The notes below the pieces were generated by a model. That model made no database searches. It was not told the DNA's origin and was given only the letters and a program-made list of their open reading frames with translations. From NCBI GenBank assembly GCA_963789395.1, contig CAWBKP010000016.1, positions 1 to 51,490 on the forward strand: a stretch of DNA of 51,490 bases, in the 5' to 3' direction. The stretch is from an uncultured delta proteobacterium. Its GTDB lineage: Bacteria > Desulfobacterota > Desulfobacteria > Desulfobacterales > Desulfatirhabdiaceae. Positions 11,285-23,150 of the stretch are shown here, piece by piece (within the stretch, counting starts at the first letter, position 1; each line of letters opens with the position of its first letter). Made by a program: the position numbers and the translations under genes.

Positions 11285-12178
11285 TTATACCCGCTCTATT
11301 TCGTGTATTCCAAATAAGCCATGGGGTTTAAACAGCAGGATCACCAGCAGGATGATATAGGGCATGACTTCACCCGTGCCGTTAAGCCCCCAGTTGCCAT
11401 CCAGATATCCACTGGCAAACTGCTGAATCAATCCCATGATGATCCCGGCCACAACCGCGCCAAGAATCGAATCCAGCCCCCCGAGAATTACCACCGGAAA
11501 AACAATGATCCCGAAAGCGTGCAAGGTTTCAAAATTCAACCCGGTAATATTGCCGATAATCCCGCCGGCCGCGGCAGCACTCAGTCCGGCCGTGGCCCAT
11601 GCCAGACCAAACACCCGCGGCACCGAAATACCGATGGACATGGACGCCATCTGATCGTCGGATACCGCCCGCATGGAAATCCCCACCGTTGATTTTTTAA
11701 AGAACCAGGAGAAGGCACCGATCAAGGTAAACGTGACGACAACGCCCACCATCTGTGTCCAGGATATGGACACGCCGGCAAGTGAAATCGGCGTTGTCGG
11801 GAGAAACGGCGGAAAGGAAAAATTTTCCGATCCAAAGGGAGTCAGATAAATCAGTCCGTCCAGGATAGACATCAGCCCGATGGTTACCATGATGACGGAA
11901 ATAATGGGTTCTCCGATCAAGCGGCGCAAAAACACGCGTTCCACGCTCATGGCAAGAAAAAAAGTAATCACCATGCTCATGGGAAACGAGATGTAGATCG
12001 GAATATCCACCCAGACCGTTAAGGCATACGTGATAAATGCCCCGGCGGCAATAATCTGCCCGTGGGCGATATTGAGCACCCGGCTTGATTTGTAGATCAG
12101 CACAAAACCAAGCCCGGAAAGGGCGTAAATCGATCCGACAACGATGCCACTGACCACCAGTTGAAAAAAATAGCTCAT
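11285..12178 (-). CDS. Liv-type ABC permease (LivH-like)
   Basis: GSIYALSGLGFVLIYK, MRAVSDD, VILGGLDSI, KPHGLFG. Confidence 0.92.
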   Translation of the reverse strand: MSYFFQLVVSGIVVGSIYALSGLGFVLIYKSSRVLNIAHGQIIAAGAFITYALTVWVDIPIYISFPMSMVITFFLAMSVERVFLRRLIGEPIISVIMVTIGLMSILDGLIYLTPFGSENFSFPPFLPTTPISLAGVSISWTQMVGVVVTFTLIGAFSWFFKKSTVGISMRAVSDDQMASMSIGISVPRVFGLAWATAGLSAAAAGGIIGNITGLNFETLHAFGIIVFPVVILGGLDSILGAVVAGIIMGLIQQFASGYLDGNWGLNGTGEVMPYIILLVILLFKPHGLFGIHEIERV

Positions 12179-14104
12179 CGGTCCTCTTCCATTGTGTAAA
12201 ATCGGATGGTTGTATCAACCGTTGTTGTTTGGCCATCCTGATACTGATAAAATGCCTCAACCCTTTTCTCTGTCACGGTTTCGTCATACAAGGCCTCATA
12301 CAGGTCATTGTATTTTTCCCGGACAAATTTACGCCGGATTTTCCCGGTTTTGGTCAATTCTCCATCATCCATATCCAGCAGCTTGTAAAGAATGGCAAAG
12401 CGCCGAATCTTAAAATGGGGTTTTTCGGCGTTCCGATTGATTTTCAGAACCGCACCCTTGATCAGCTCGGCAACTTCGGGCTGGGCGGAAAGATCCATAT
12501 ACGTGCTGAAGGATATCCCCCTGTCCTCGGCCCATTTCCCCACGACGATGGGATCGACATTGATGAGCGCTGCAACATACTCCCGTTTATCTCCGAAAAT
12601 AACCGCCTCCTTGATATAAGGGCTGAACTTCAGCCGGTTTTCAAGGAACATGGGACTGAACATGTCGCCGTCTTTATTGTGCATCACATCCGAAACCCGG
12701 TCGATTACCACCAGGTGCCCGTTTTCATCGATATAACCGGCATCTCCGGAATGGAGCCAGCCGCCTTCAAGCAATTCGGCGGTTTTTTCCGGCAGATTGT
12801 AGTATCCGGGGGTCACCGAGGCGGATCGCGAAAGGATCTCCCCTGTTTCGGAAATTCTGCACTCGGTTCCCGGCAGCGGTTTTCCCACCGTGTCCGGCCG
12901 GACATCCCCGTCGCGGTGCATATAGGCAATGCCCACGATTTCCGTCTGGCCGTATATCTGCTTTAAATTGACACCGATAGCCTGGTAAAACGTAAAGAGC
13001 TCAGGACCCAGGGCCGCGCCCCCGGTGTAAGCTCTTCGCAGCCGAAGCAGTCCAATCTGGTTGACAAGCGGCCGAAAAATGATCTGCTTGCCCAGCCAGG
13101 CCAGAAAGCGAAGTTTGCCCGGCATTTTTTTGCCGGACATGCGATATTGGGCCGCCTCTTCTCCTATTTTCATGAAATAAGTGATACAGGGTGCGGTTCA
13201 GCCAATAGGATTCATCAATTTTAAGCCAGATCTGAGAGCGGATGGTTTCATAGATTCTGGGAGCGCCGAACATGAAATGCGGTCCGATCTCCTTCAAGTC
13301 TTCCATACTGGTTTCAACCGACTCCGGGAAATTGACGGCTATCCCGGTGGCCATGGCAACACCAAAGGAGTTCATCTGCTCCCCGATCCAGGCAAAAGGC
13401 AGAAACGAAACATACTCATCGGTTTCTTCCAGGGGATCGACTTTCGTGATCTGAAGCCCCATATTGATGTAGTTGCGATGGGTCAACATGGCGCCTTTTG
13501 GCAGTCCCGTGGTGCCGGACGTCAGACATAAATGACAGACATCATCGGGCTTTCCTTCATCCACCAGTGAATTAAACAGCTTGGGATCTTGCTGATGGGC
13601 ATCTTCCCCGAGCTTGTAAAGATCGTCTATAAACATGAACCAGTCGTCGGTCCGGTAGCCTCGCATTCCCCGCGGGTCTTCATAGATGACTTTCTTGACC
13701 TGAGGGAGCCGGTCTCTGACCTCAACGACTTTATCCACCTGCTCCTGATCGTTGCAGAAAACGATACTGACATTCAAGTATTCGAGAATACCGCCGATTT
13801 CATCCGGGAGGCTGGTTTGATAAATGGCGGCTGAAACACCGCCCACTGCCTGAGCGCCGATGGCCATAAAGAAGGTTTCCGGAATATTATCGCTGATAAT
13901 GGCGATCTTATCCGCTTTCTTAAATCCGATTTTTATAAGCCCAAGACCGGTTTTTCGCACAAAATCATAATACTGATTCCAGGTATAACTGTTCCAGCAA
14001 CCGAAATCTTTTTCCCGCAAGGCAACCTTATCTCCGGTTGCTTCCACCCGCCACCGCAGGAGCTGCGGAATGCTGTACTGCGCCAAGTGGTCTTTGTTTT
14101 CCAT
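12175..14104 (-). CDS. Long-chain acyl-CoA synthetase embedded in the ABC operon, one frameshift near 13175
   Basis: LTSGTTGLPKG, YGQTE, GWLHSGDAG, GELTKTGKIRR; overlaps the livH-like start (ATGA). Confidence 0.88.
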
Positions 14105-14111
14105 ACGAAAA

Positions 14112-14875
14112 TCACTCTTCTCCAATATAAGCCTCAATCACCTTGGGATTGGACGCAACTTCGCATTCGGCGTTCCCGAACCAATCACTTCTCCAAAATC
14201 AAGTACATAAATCTGGTCTGAGATATCCATTACGACACCCAGATCATGCTCAACCAGCACCACCGTAATCCCCCACTCTTTCTTTAAATCGAGAATGAAG
14301 CGAACGATATCCTCCTTTTCCTCGATATTCATTCCTGCCATGGGTTCATCCAGAAGCAGCAATTTGGGCGCCAGGGTAAGCGCTCGGGCAACTTCAACCC
14401 TTTTTTGCACGCCATAGCTCAGATTCCCGACCATTTTTTTCCGGTAGGGCTCAAGCTCCATGAAATCGATTACCTTTTCCACATAGGCACGATTTTCCGC
14501 TTCAATCCGAGACGCCTTGCCAAAATAGAGGATCGCGTGCAACAGCGAGTAACGAAGATTTTGATGACGGGCCAGAAGGAGGTTGTCAAGCACGGACAGG
14601 CCGCGGAACAGTTCCAGATTCTGAAACGCCCTGGCAATCCCCATATTGGAAACCTGGTGAGGTGAGGCATGGGTCAGGTTGCGCTGACCATATCGAATTT
14701 CGCCAGTGGTGGGGTGATAAAATCCGGAAACACAATTTAAAAGACTCGTTTTCCCGGCCCCGTTGGGTCCGATAATCGATGTGATGAATCCCGGCTCGAT
14801 ATTCAGATTAACTTTGGATAGTGCCTGCAACCCGCCGAATGCAAGCGTAACATCAGAAACAATTAGATGCGCCAT
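14112..14875 (-). CDS. Liv-type ABC transporter ATP-binding protein (LivG-like), frameshift near the C-terminus
   Basis: GPNGAGKTS, RAFQNLELF, LSYGVQKRVE, LDEPMAGMN, VEHD; reconstructed end EVASNPKVIEAYIGEE*. Confidence 0.9.
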
Positions 14876-15020
14876 AGATTTCTCAAAATTCGCCTGTTCG
14901 AAATGACTGTTTAGGCTTGCCGGTTTAAGAACCGGCTCTGTCCGGAATCAACTTGCCGCAGACAATTAATCGCCAGCAATAAGTCAATTGTCAACCATTT
15001 ATTTGCAGTATTACATAAAA

Positions 15021-15037
15021 AATGAATATTATTCATT
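15021..15037. promoter_or_regulatory. Palindrome upstream of the ABC operon, candidate transcription-factor site
   Basis: AATGAAT-ATT-ATTCATT, about 27 bp upstream of a minus-strand TTGACA (14994-14989). Confidence 0.4.
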
Positions 15038-15327
15038 ATAAAAGAACAACAACTCCCGCGCCCACCTTGCCCGGGTAAGAATTACATCTGCGATACAAAA
15101 GACGATGATCAACTGATTTGCGTTCCGGCCGCAACCGCAACACAGGTCATCCGGCAGAAAATGATATTTATAATCCGTTGCTCAGGTTTGGCAAGCAGAT
15201 TATATTTCGTTGGTCAACACTGAAATGACCGGCATCCGCATGAACCGCATCGCATCAAGCCTGCTGTTTAAAGCGTAGTTTCAGCATACCGAAATTAAAA
15301 TAATGTCAAGTTTTTAAAACAGTGGGT

Positions 15328-15352
15328 TAATAGTGGTAATTAACCACTATTA
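15328..15352. promoter_or_regulatory. Perfect 10-bp inverted repeat overlapping the LuxR-gene stop codon, candidate operator
   Basis: TAATAGTGGT-AATTA-ACCACTATTA; minus-strand TTGACA at 15309-15304 just downstream. Confidence 0.45.
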
Positions 15353-16933
15353 TTCCATGGCCAGAAGATGGGAGCGCAGGTTTATCTTATTGTTTTTTAA
15401 ACCCAATTTATCTCGGATATTGTGCCGATGAAACAGAACCGTATTTTTGGAAACCAGCAGCACCTCCGCAATTTCCTTGTTGGTCTTTCCTTCTTTGACC
15501 AGACCGGCCACCCGAATCTCCACAGGGGTTAATTTGGCCGACCCCGATGTCAGCTTGTTGATAAAAGGCGAAGCTGATGTTGTTCAAATTGGTTTCCAGA
15601 ATCCGCACCAGCGTCCGTTGGTGTGTGTCCAGACGTCCGCTGATGACTTTCTGCAAATAGGGGCTGACAAGCTCCTGGATATTTCGCAGCACGATTTCAC
15701 CCAGTTCTTTCTTGTCTTCCTCCCGTTGTTTCAGCAGCACCCTCAGGGCGGTATTGACTTCTTCCAGATGATGGGACTGGGCCTGAAGCTCCTTTTCACG
15801 CTTTCGGAGTGCTTTTTCAGCCCGTTTTCGGTCTTCGATTTCCTGCTCCAGCTTCAGGTTTGTCTGAGCCAGCTCAGCGGTGCGTTCCGTTACCAGTTCC
15901 TCGAGGTGACCGCGATATTTCTCCAGTTCTTCTTCAGCCCGCTTTCGGGCGCTGATATCTCTCAAGGTGACGATATTGCCCAGCGGCTGGCCGTCACTGT
16001 CCTGGTAAAGGGTGGAACTGAGCTGAACATCCAGAACCTTCCCTTCCCGTGTCAGCCGCCGCGTCTCGAATAGATGTATTTTTTGGCCGCTTAGCATGCG
16101 TTGAATGGCGGCCTTTGTCTCCGGTACATTTTCCGGGGGTACAAAATCGATCTGCTTGCCCAGCAGCTCATCGCGCGATAGACCGAAGGTCTGTTCAAAG
16201 GCCGGATTAACGTAGGAGGCTACGCCCCGCATGTCGTAAACCACTATGGGGTCCGGGGAAGATTCAAGAAAGGTGCGGTAACGCCCCTCGCTTTCCCGCA
16301 AAATCGCTTCCGTCCTGTTTCCGTTCGGCCAGTTCGTGACGCACATTCGCGTATAACCGTGCCTTTTCTATGGCAATGAGCGCCAGAGCGGCAAACTGTT
16401 CCAGAATGGTGATGTCTTCGCCACTGAACCGTTTGTCCGCTTCCACATGCGCCAGGCCGATCACCCCCAGCACCCTGGAACCGTATTTTAACGGAATGCC
16501 AACAACGGAATGAATACCATCCAGGACTTTATCGGCAATTCGGCCCGGCCAGCACTGATAATCCTCGACCACAACCGGCGCAGCGATTTCCCATACGCGC
16601 CCCCCCATGCCCTGACCGATCGCGACCCGACGCCCCAACTGGCTTTTAAAAAAGCCCATCCCCACCTGCATCTGAAGCTGTTCTTCCCCGGGTTCCAGAA
16701 AATAGATAAAACCGTGCGCCGTGCCGCTTAGCGAGGCGGCCCGCTCGAGAATATTTTCCAACAATTCTTCTTTATCGAGCTTATCGATTAACCCCAGGGA
16801 GGTTTCGTGCAGAGCCTTTAAATAGGCGTTTTGACGATAAAATGCGTCTTCCGCCGCCTTTAAACGCCGGGATTCGATTGCGCAGGGTGAGAACCTGGCG
16901 TTCTAATTCAGCATATGAGGGTTTATCCGTCAT
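15350..16933 (-). CDS. GAF-PAS-coiled-coil-LuxR HTH transcriptional regulator, frameshifted
   Basis: [11 protein letters not shown] start; GAF segment ([17 protein letters not shown]); PAS ([17 protein letters not shown]); C-terminus [38 protein letters not shown]. Confidence 0.8.
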
Positions 16934-18945
16934 GAATTCACGTCCGATTCGATAATGCCCGATACCGAGTGACATCTGTCCGAAACAAGCAGTTTTTTGT
17001 CAATGGTTTCAGCCCAAACTCGCATGCGAAGTTCAGCCGCTTCTCGGCTGACACGTTTTTGCAGTTGGGTTACCCCGGACAGGGCATCCTTTAAGAAGAA
17101 TCCGCTCACTTTTTCGCAGGGCATAAGGATCCAGGTAGTTATCAGGAAACCTGCCCTGGCCGATTTTTTTCAGATTTTCACCGAGGGCCAGCATCATCAG
17201 GGATTCAAAACTGGTCCGATACAGCGATAATTCTTCTGGAGACAAGATCCCGGTTTCAGACAAGCTTTTCAAGCCTTCCCAGCGTGGAAGGCTCTTGAAT
17301 GCCGCTGCCGGCTGCCAGAATTCGAATTCCGCTCACCAGATGCCGTATCCCCGCGTTTTTCAGATTGATTTCATCCTTGTGGATGCCGCTTTTTTCCGTA
17401 TCAATGGTTCCTGGAAATCCGGCTGAAACCGGGTCAGAAGAATCGACTGCAACCGGTTTGTGCCGCTTTGAAAGCGATTGCCTGAATATCGAGAACAGAC
17501 TGTCCGCAAAACTCCCGGCACAGTGATTTGTTGCCCCAGACGGGCCGCATATCCAGAAGTATGGCCACCATGCGGATATCCTGGGGCAGGAAGGTCTTGC
17601 TCCATTTCTTGAGCCACCGAAGCCACTCACTTTGGGATCTTCGCCATTGATCGTTAATCGGACTGATGTTGTCCGGACATCTGGCAAATCCGCAGGCTTC
17701 CAGTCCTTCAACCACGACTTCCGCAAATTTTTTGAAGTAGGCATCCACCGTCGGACGCAGTTCCGGTTCGGTATCCGCATATAGCATGGCACTGTCCTGG
17801 TCTGTCCGTAACGTCTGCTCATAGCGGGCCGCACTGCCCAGATTGATCCAGCAGTAGTCGACCGGCGAAGCCCCCCACCCCTCGCGCTTCATTCTCTCCT
17901 CGGACAGCTCCAGGACCCGCTGCATCAGCCGTTCGTGAAGCTCCGACATCACATCCAGAATCTCTCCAAGGGCTGCTTTCTCGGCAACCATCTCCCCCAG
18001 AATATGATCCACTTCCCTGCTGATTACCGAAAGACCCTGAATGGACTGCTGGGACTCGATGCTGTGGGTCAGCAGCATCTGGCCGGTACTGCGCAGCTTG
18101 ATCAGATCCACCATGGCGATAATTCCCACGAGCTTGCCGCGTTCCATGACGGTCAGATACCGGGTCTTGTTGCGAATCATGGATACCAGCGCCTGGCCGA
18201 TAAAGGATTCGGGCCCGATAGTCACCAGATGACTGTTAACAATCTGATCGACCCGGCAGGTAGAAATCGGATAGAGCTGCTGAGCGATCAAATGCTTGAC
18301 CAGACTGCTTTCGGTGATGATGCCCCGCGGCTTTTGTTCAGAGTCCAGCGCAATAACCGCACTGATATCTTTTTCTGCCATGATTCTGGAGATCGCCGAG
18401 ACCGAATCCGACATCGCACAGGTCACCACAGGATAGGACATGATTTCGCTCACCCGCTTGCCGAAAAGGGGGGATTCAGCGCTGCTGTATGCTTCATATG
18501 ATTTCTGCGCAACGATTTCCTCATACAGCAGCCGCATCCGTTCCGCCAGCAGTGCATTAAAAAAACTGGAGAATTCAGGATGTTCATAAATAAGTTTTTC
18601 AAACTGTTTTCGCGTAATCACCAGGCAGACCAGGCCTTCCTTGGCCCGCGCGGATCCCGGATATCGCTGCTGGGACAGGATCACGGTCTCGCCCAGAAAA
18701 TCGTATGCCCTGCGAAGGCCAACCACCGATTCCAGTCCCCTGTCATTGGTCACGGTGATTTCAACCAGACCCGACGCAATAATAAAGAGCCGGTCCTGGC
18801 TCTGTTCTCCCTGCCGGAACACATAGGAATTGGGCGAATAAGCCTTTACCCCTGTTTTTTTTGACAGCTGTTTTAAAACATCCGCTTCCAGTAGCTCAAA
18901 AGGGTCAGTTCTTTTAAGCACTGTCAGAATTTCGTGATCTTCCAT
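16930..18945 (-). CDS. Second cNMP-CBS-DUF294 nucleotidyltransferase protein (single cNMP domain), frameshifted
   Basis: cNMP domain (LFIIASGLVE..DFLGE), CBS pair, NTase motif GSAARYEQTLRTDQDSA, INLKNAG motif; stop overlaps the LuxR-gene start (ATGA). Confidence 0.82.
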
Positions 18946-19093
18946 CGACCCCTAGCCTCTGGGATGATTAACTTTATTTTAATCAGCATACACCAAGCAA
19001 CCCGACAACTCAAGCTCACAGGTCCGGTTCCTCCCGCATAGCCCCTCTCCCCATGCCCTGTAGCCTATGACGCGTGACATGCTTGATAAGCTC

Positions 19094-19146
19094 TTGACAA
19101 AGCCAAAAATGAAATGATAAAACCAATTTGACTGAGCGCTCGTTCA
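19094..19146 (+). promoter_or_regulatory. Promoter of the tetR-icmF operon with an operator at the predicted start site
   Basis: TTGACA (19094-19099), extended -10 TGaTAAAAC, then imperfect palindrome TTGACTGAGCGCTCGTTCA (19128-19146). Confidence 0.65.
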
Positions 19147-19182
19147 TATCAATAAAGAAACTCTCTCACAGTACGGATCACT

Positions 19183-19851
19183 ATGCAGCATTCATCCAGA
19201 AGAACCAAAGATGTCGTCACGCTGATCAAAAATCCGGATCTTGTGGAACGCCGTCGCCGGCAAATTGTCGATGCGGCCGTCGAGCTGATCATCGAAAAAG
19301 GGTTTCACAAAACCACGACCCGGCAGATCGCCAGCGCAGCGGGCTTTTCCATCGGCTCTCTCTATGAATATGTCAAGTCCAAGGAAGACATTCTGTATCT
19401 GGTCTGTGACGCCATTCATGAAGAAATGGCGCAGCACGTCACCAAAGCCCTGTCCAGTGCCGATTCAGGTGTGAAAGGCCTGGCTGAGGCCATCCGGGAA
19501 TATTTTCTGGTCTGCCATCGCATGAGCGATCACATTCTACTCATCTATCAGGAGACCCAATCCCTACCATCCCAATGGCGAAAACGCGTGCTGGAAAACG
19601 AGGTGCAAATCACAGGCCTGTTTGTCAAGGTTCTGGCCAATCTATCCGCATCCGGCGACCTGCCGTTCATGGACGAAAAACATATCGAACTGGCTGCGCA
19701 CAATATCACGGTGCTGGGTCACATGTGGACATTTCGCAGGTGGTTTCTTGCCCGCCACTACAATATCGACGATTACATCAACATCCAAACCCGATTGATT
19801 TTAGGAATTGATGCCTTTACAGGCACCGCCCCACCAAAGGAGGAAGCGTGA
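19183..19851 (+). CDS. TetR/AcrR family transcriptional regulator
   Basis: [48 protein letters not shown] helix-turn-helix; overlaps the icmF start. Confidence 0.92.
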   Translation: MQHSSRRTKDVVTLIKNPDLVERRRRQIVDAAVELIIEKGFHKTTTRQIASAAGFSIGSLYEYVKSKEDILYLVCDAIHEEMAQHVTKALSSADSGVKGLAEAIREYFLVCHRMSDHILLIYQETQSLPSQWRKRVLENEVQITGLFVKVLANLSASGDLPFMDEKHIELAAHNITVLGHMWTFRRWFLARHYNIDDYINIQTRLILGIDAFTGTAPPKEEA

Positions 19852-22800
19852 GCATCGCGATTCAAGCCTATCAGCCCAAGCATAATGTCCGGGTGGTTAC
19901 CGCCACCTCTCTTTTTGACGGTCATGATGCTTCCATCAACATCATGCGACGGATATTGCAGGATACCGGTGTGGAAGTCATTCACCTGGGCCATAACCGG
20001 TCTGTTCAGGAAATTGTGGACGCCGCCATCGAGGAAGATGCGCAGGGTATCGGCGTATCCAGTTACCAGGGCGGCCATGTGGAATTTTTTCAATACATGG
20101 TGGACCTTTTGAAAGAAAACGGGGCTTCCCACATCAAGGTATTCGGCGGCGGCGGCGGGGTGATCGTTCCGGATGAAATCCGGGAACTGGAAGCATACGG
20201 GGTGACCAAGATCTATTCTCCCGAAGACGGCACGCGCATGGGACTCCAGGGCATTATCAATCATATGGTTGAAGCCATGGATTTTTCAACGGTCAACGGC
20301 CAAACCGTAAGTCTGGAAAACCTGTCTCCCCTGAACAAACCGGGCGTGGCCAACCTGATCACCGCCGTGGAGCAGTCCAAACTCCATGACAAGGAAAAGT
20401 ACCCGATTCTGCTCGATCAGCTGCGCATCAAAGCGGCCGGGAAATCCGTTCCGGTGCTTGGCATCACCGGCACCGGCGGTTCCGGAAAATCGTCACTGAC
20501 CGATGAGCTGATCTTGCGTCTTCTTCATGACATCCCCAAGATTCATATCGCCATTGTCAGCTGCGATCCGTCCCGCAGAAAAACAGGCGGCGCGCTGCTT
20601 GGCGACAGAATCCGGATGAACGCCATCGACAACCCCCGCGTGTACATGCGGTCTCTGGCCACCCGGCAGTCCAACACCGAAATTCCCGACACCCTCGGCG
20701 AAACCATTCTGGCCCTGAAGGCCGCAGGCTTTGATCTGATCATCGCCGAAACCGCCGGCATCGGACAGGGTGATTCCCTGATCACCAATATCGTGGACAC
20801 CTCCATGTATGTCATGACCAGCGAGTTCGGGGCAGCCTCCCAGCTGGAAAAAATCGACATGCTGGATTACGCCGACATCGTGGTCGTAAACAAGTATGAA
20901 AAACGGGGCGGAGAGGACGCTGTCCGGGATGTGCGCAAACAGGTTCAGCGCAACCGGACCGCCTGGGACATCTCGCCGGATGAAATGCCGGTGTACGGAA
21001 CCATCGCGTCCAAATTCAATGATGACGGGGTGACAGCACTCTATCACGCCCTTCTGGATACGATCGCAGACAAAACCCAGGTTCGGTTCCACTCCAACCT
21101 GCCAAGGCCAAAAACCAAGACATCCACATCCAAAACCATCATTATTCCACCGGAGCGAACCCGGTATCTTTCTGAAATTTCGGACACCATCCGGAGTTAT
21201 CATCAAAAAACCGAAGTTCAGGCCGAGGCGGTCCGTGCGGCCTGGCATCTGGAAGAAGCCGTCAAGTCCGTTGAGCGAACCCTTTCCGGTGATAAGACAG
21301 CGCTTCTCAACCAGCTTAAGGAAGAGGTGACGGCTGCCAACAAAACGGTGGATGCGGAAACGTTTCAGACACTCAAGGAATGGAATGACATCAAGTCCGC
21401 CTATACCCAGGACATGCTCACTTATGAAGTCCGGGGCTGCGATATCAAGGTTCCGCTTTACACGGAATCGCTTTCTCATAAAAAAATCCCGAAAATCTCC
21501 ATACCCAAATTCAAAGACCCAGGCGAAATCTATCGCTGGATGCGCGAGGAAAACGTGCCGGGGCGGTTTCCGTTTACCGCCGGCGTTTTCCCGTTAAAGC
21601 GCGTGGGCGAAGATCCCACGCGAATGTTTGCCGGAGAGGGGGACCCTGCCCGAACCAACCGCCGCTTCAAGCTGCTTTCCGGAGACTACGAGGCCAAGCG
21701 GCTTTCCACGGCGTTTGATTCAGCCACCCTCTACGGCTATGATCCGGACAGGCGCCCGGATATCTACGGAAAAATCGGCACCTCAGGCGTCAGCATCTGC
21801 ACCCTGGAAGATGTCAAAATCCTATACGGCGGATTTGACCTCTGTGCGCCCAACACGTCTGTTTCCATGACAATCAACGGCCCGGCCCCCATCATTCTGG
21901 CCATGTTCATGAACACGGCAATTGACCAGCAGGTGGACAAGTTCACGGAAAAGAACGGCCGTGCGCCTTCCTCTGAAGAGTATGAAGAGATTCGCAACCG
22001 GACCCTTTCCACGGTACGGGGAACGGTACAGGCCGACATTCTGAAAGAAGACCAGGGCCAGAACACCTGTATTTTCTCCATTGAATTCGCCCTCAAGATG
22101 ATGGGCGACATTCAGGAATATTTCATTCAGAACCGGGTCCGCAACTTCTATTCCGTGTCCATATCCGGATACCATATTGCCGAGGCCGGCGCCAACCCCC
22201 TCACCCAGCTGGCGCTGACCCTCTCAAACGGCTTTACCTACGTGGAGTATTATCTTTCCCGGAAAATGCCGCTCGACAGCTTTGCGCCGAACCTGTCTTT
22301 TTTCTTTTCAAACGGCATGGATCCCGAATACACGGTCATCGGAAGGGTGGCGCGCCGGATCTGGTCCATTGCCATGAAGGAAAAATACAAGGCGTCCGAG
22401 CGGTCCCAGATGCTCAAATACCACATTCAGACTTCCGGCCGGTCTCTTCACAGCCAGGATATCCAGTTCAATGACATCCGGACAACGCTTCAAGCCCTTT
22501 GCGCAATCTACGACAACTGCAACAGCCTGCACACCAACGCATTCGATGAAGCCATCACCACGCCCAGCACCGAATCGGTGCGAAGGGCGCTGGCCATTCA
22601 GCTGATCATCAACCGGGAATGGGGACTGGCAAAGAATGAAAACATGGGCCAGGGAAGCTTCATCGTGGAAGAACTCACCAAGCTTGTCGAGGAAGCCATT
22701 TTACAGGAATTTGACCGGATCACCGAGCGCGGCGGGGTTCTGGGGGCCATGGAAACCGGCTACCAGCGCAGCAAGATCCAGGAGGAATCCATTCACTACG

Positions 22801-23123
22801 AAATCCTGAAGCATACCGGCGACTATCCCATTGTCGGTGTAAACACCTTCAGGGATCCCCATGTCACCAGTGAAGAACTCAGCGACGCCGTGGAGCTTGC
22901 CAGAGCCTCAGAAGAAGAAAAAGAATCGCAGCTGAGCCGTCTGGCGGACTTTAAGGCGCGCCATCAGAATGATGCCCCCGCCGCCTTGAAGCGGCTTCAG
23001 GAAGTGGCTTTTGCCGGAGAAAACCTCTTTGACGAGCTGATGCGGACGGTTCGCGTTTGCTCGCTGGGGCAGATCACGCAGGCCCTGTACGATGTAGGCG
23101 GGAAATACCGCAGGAATATGTAG
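19848..23123 (+). CDS. icmF: Fused isobutyryl-CoA mutase / MeaI GTPase chaperone
   Basis: 1091 aa; N-terminal B12 domain (FDGHDASIN), P-loop GTGGSGKSS, mutase domain with [10 protein letters not shown]-terminus GGKYRRNM. Confidence 0.95.
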   Translation: MSIAIQAYQPKHNVRVVTATSLFDGHDASINIMRRILQDTGVEVIHLGHNRSVQEIVDAAIEEDAQGIGVSSYQGGHVEFFQYMVDLLKENGASHIKVFGGGGGVIVPDEIRELEAYGVTKIYSPEDGTRMGLQGIINHMVEAMDFSTVNGQTVSLENLSPLNKPGVANLITAVEQSKLHDKEKYPILLDQLRIKAAGKSVPVLGITGTGGSGKSSLTDELILRLLHDIPKIHIAIVSCDPSRRKTGGALLGDRIRMNAIDNPRVYMRSLATRQSNTEIPDTLGETILALKAAGFDLIIAETAGIGQGDSLITNIVDTSMYVMTSEFGAASQLEKIDMLDYADIVVVNKYEKRGGEDAVRDVRKQVQRNRTAWDISPDEMPVYGTIASKFNDDGVTALYHALLDTIADKTQVRFHSNLPRPKTKTSTSKTIIIPPERTRYLSEISDTIRSYHQKTEVQAEAVRAAWHLEEAVKSVERTLSGDKTALLNQLKEEVTAANKTVDAETFQTLKEWNDIKSAYTQDMLTYEVRGCDIKVPLYTESLSHKKIPKISIPKFKDPGEIYRWMREENVPGRFPFTAGVFPLKRVGEDPTRMFAGEGDPARTNRRFKLLSGDYEAKRLSTAFDSATLYGYDPDRRPDIYGKIGTSGVSICTLEDVKILYGGFDLCAPNTSVSMTINGPAPIILAMFMNTAIDQQVDKFTEKNGRAPSSEEYEEIRNRTLSTVRGTVQADILKEDQGQNTCIFSIEFALKMMGDIQEYFIQNRVRNFYSVSISGYHIAEAGANPLTQLALTLSNGFTYVEYYLSRKMPLDSFAPNLSFFFSNGMDPEYTVIGRVARRIWSIAMKEKYKASERSQMLKYHIQTSGRSLHSQDIQFNDIRTTLQALCAIYDNCNSLHTNAFDEAITTPSTESVRRALAIQLIINREWGLAKNENMGQGSFIVEELTKLVEEAILQEFDRITERGGVLGAMETGYQRSKIQEESIHYEILKHTGDYPIVGVNTFRDPHVTSEELSDAVELARASEEEKESQLSRLADFKARHQNDAPAALKRLQEVAFAGENLFDELMRTVRVCSLGQITQALYDVGGKYRRNM

Positions 23124-23150
23124 TGTCTGAACGGAAACGCCGTTCAGACA
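23120..23150 (+). repeat. GTAG-type REP-like hairpin, copy 2
   Basis: GTAG-TGTCTGAACGG-AAACG-CCGTTCAGACA; its TAG is the icmF stop codon. Confidence 0.65.
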
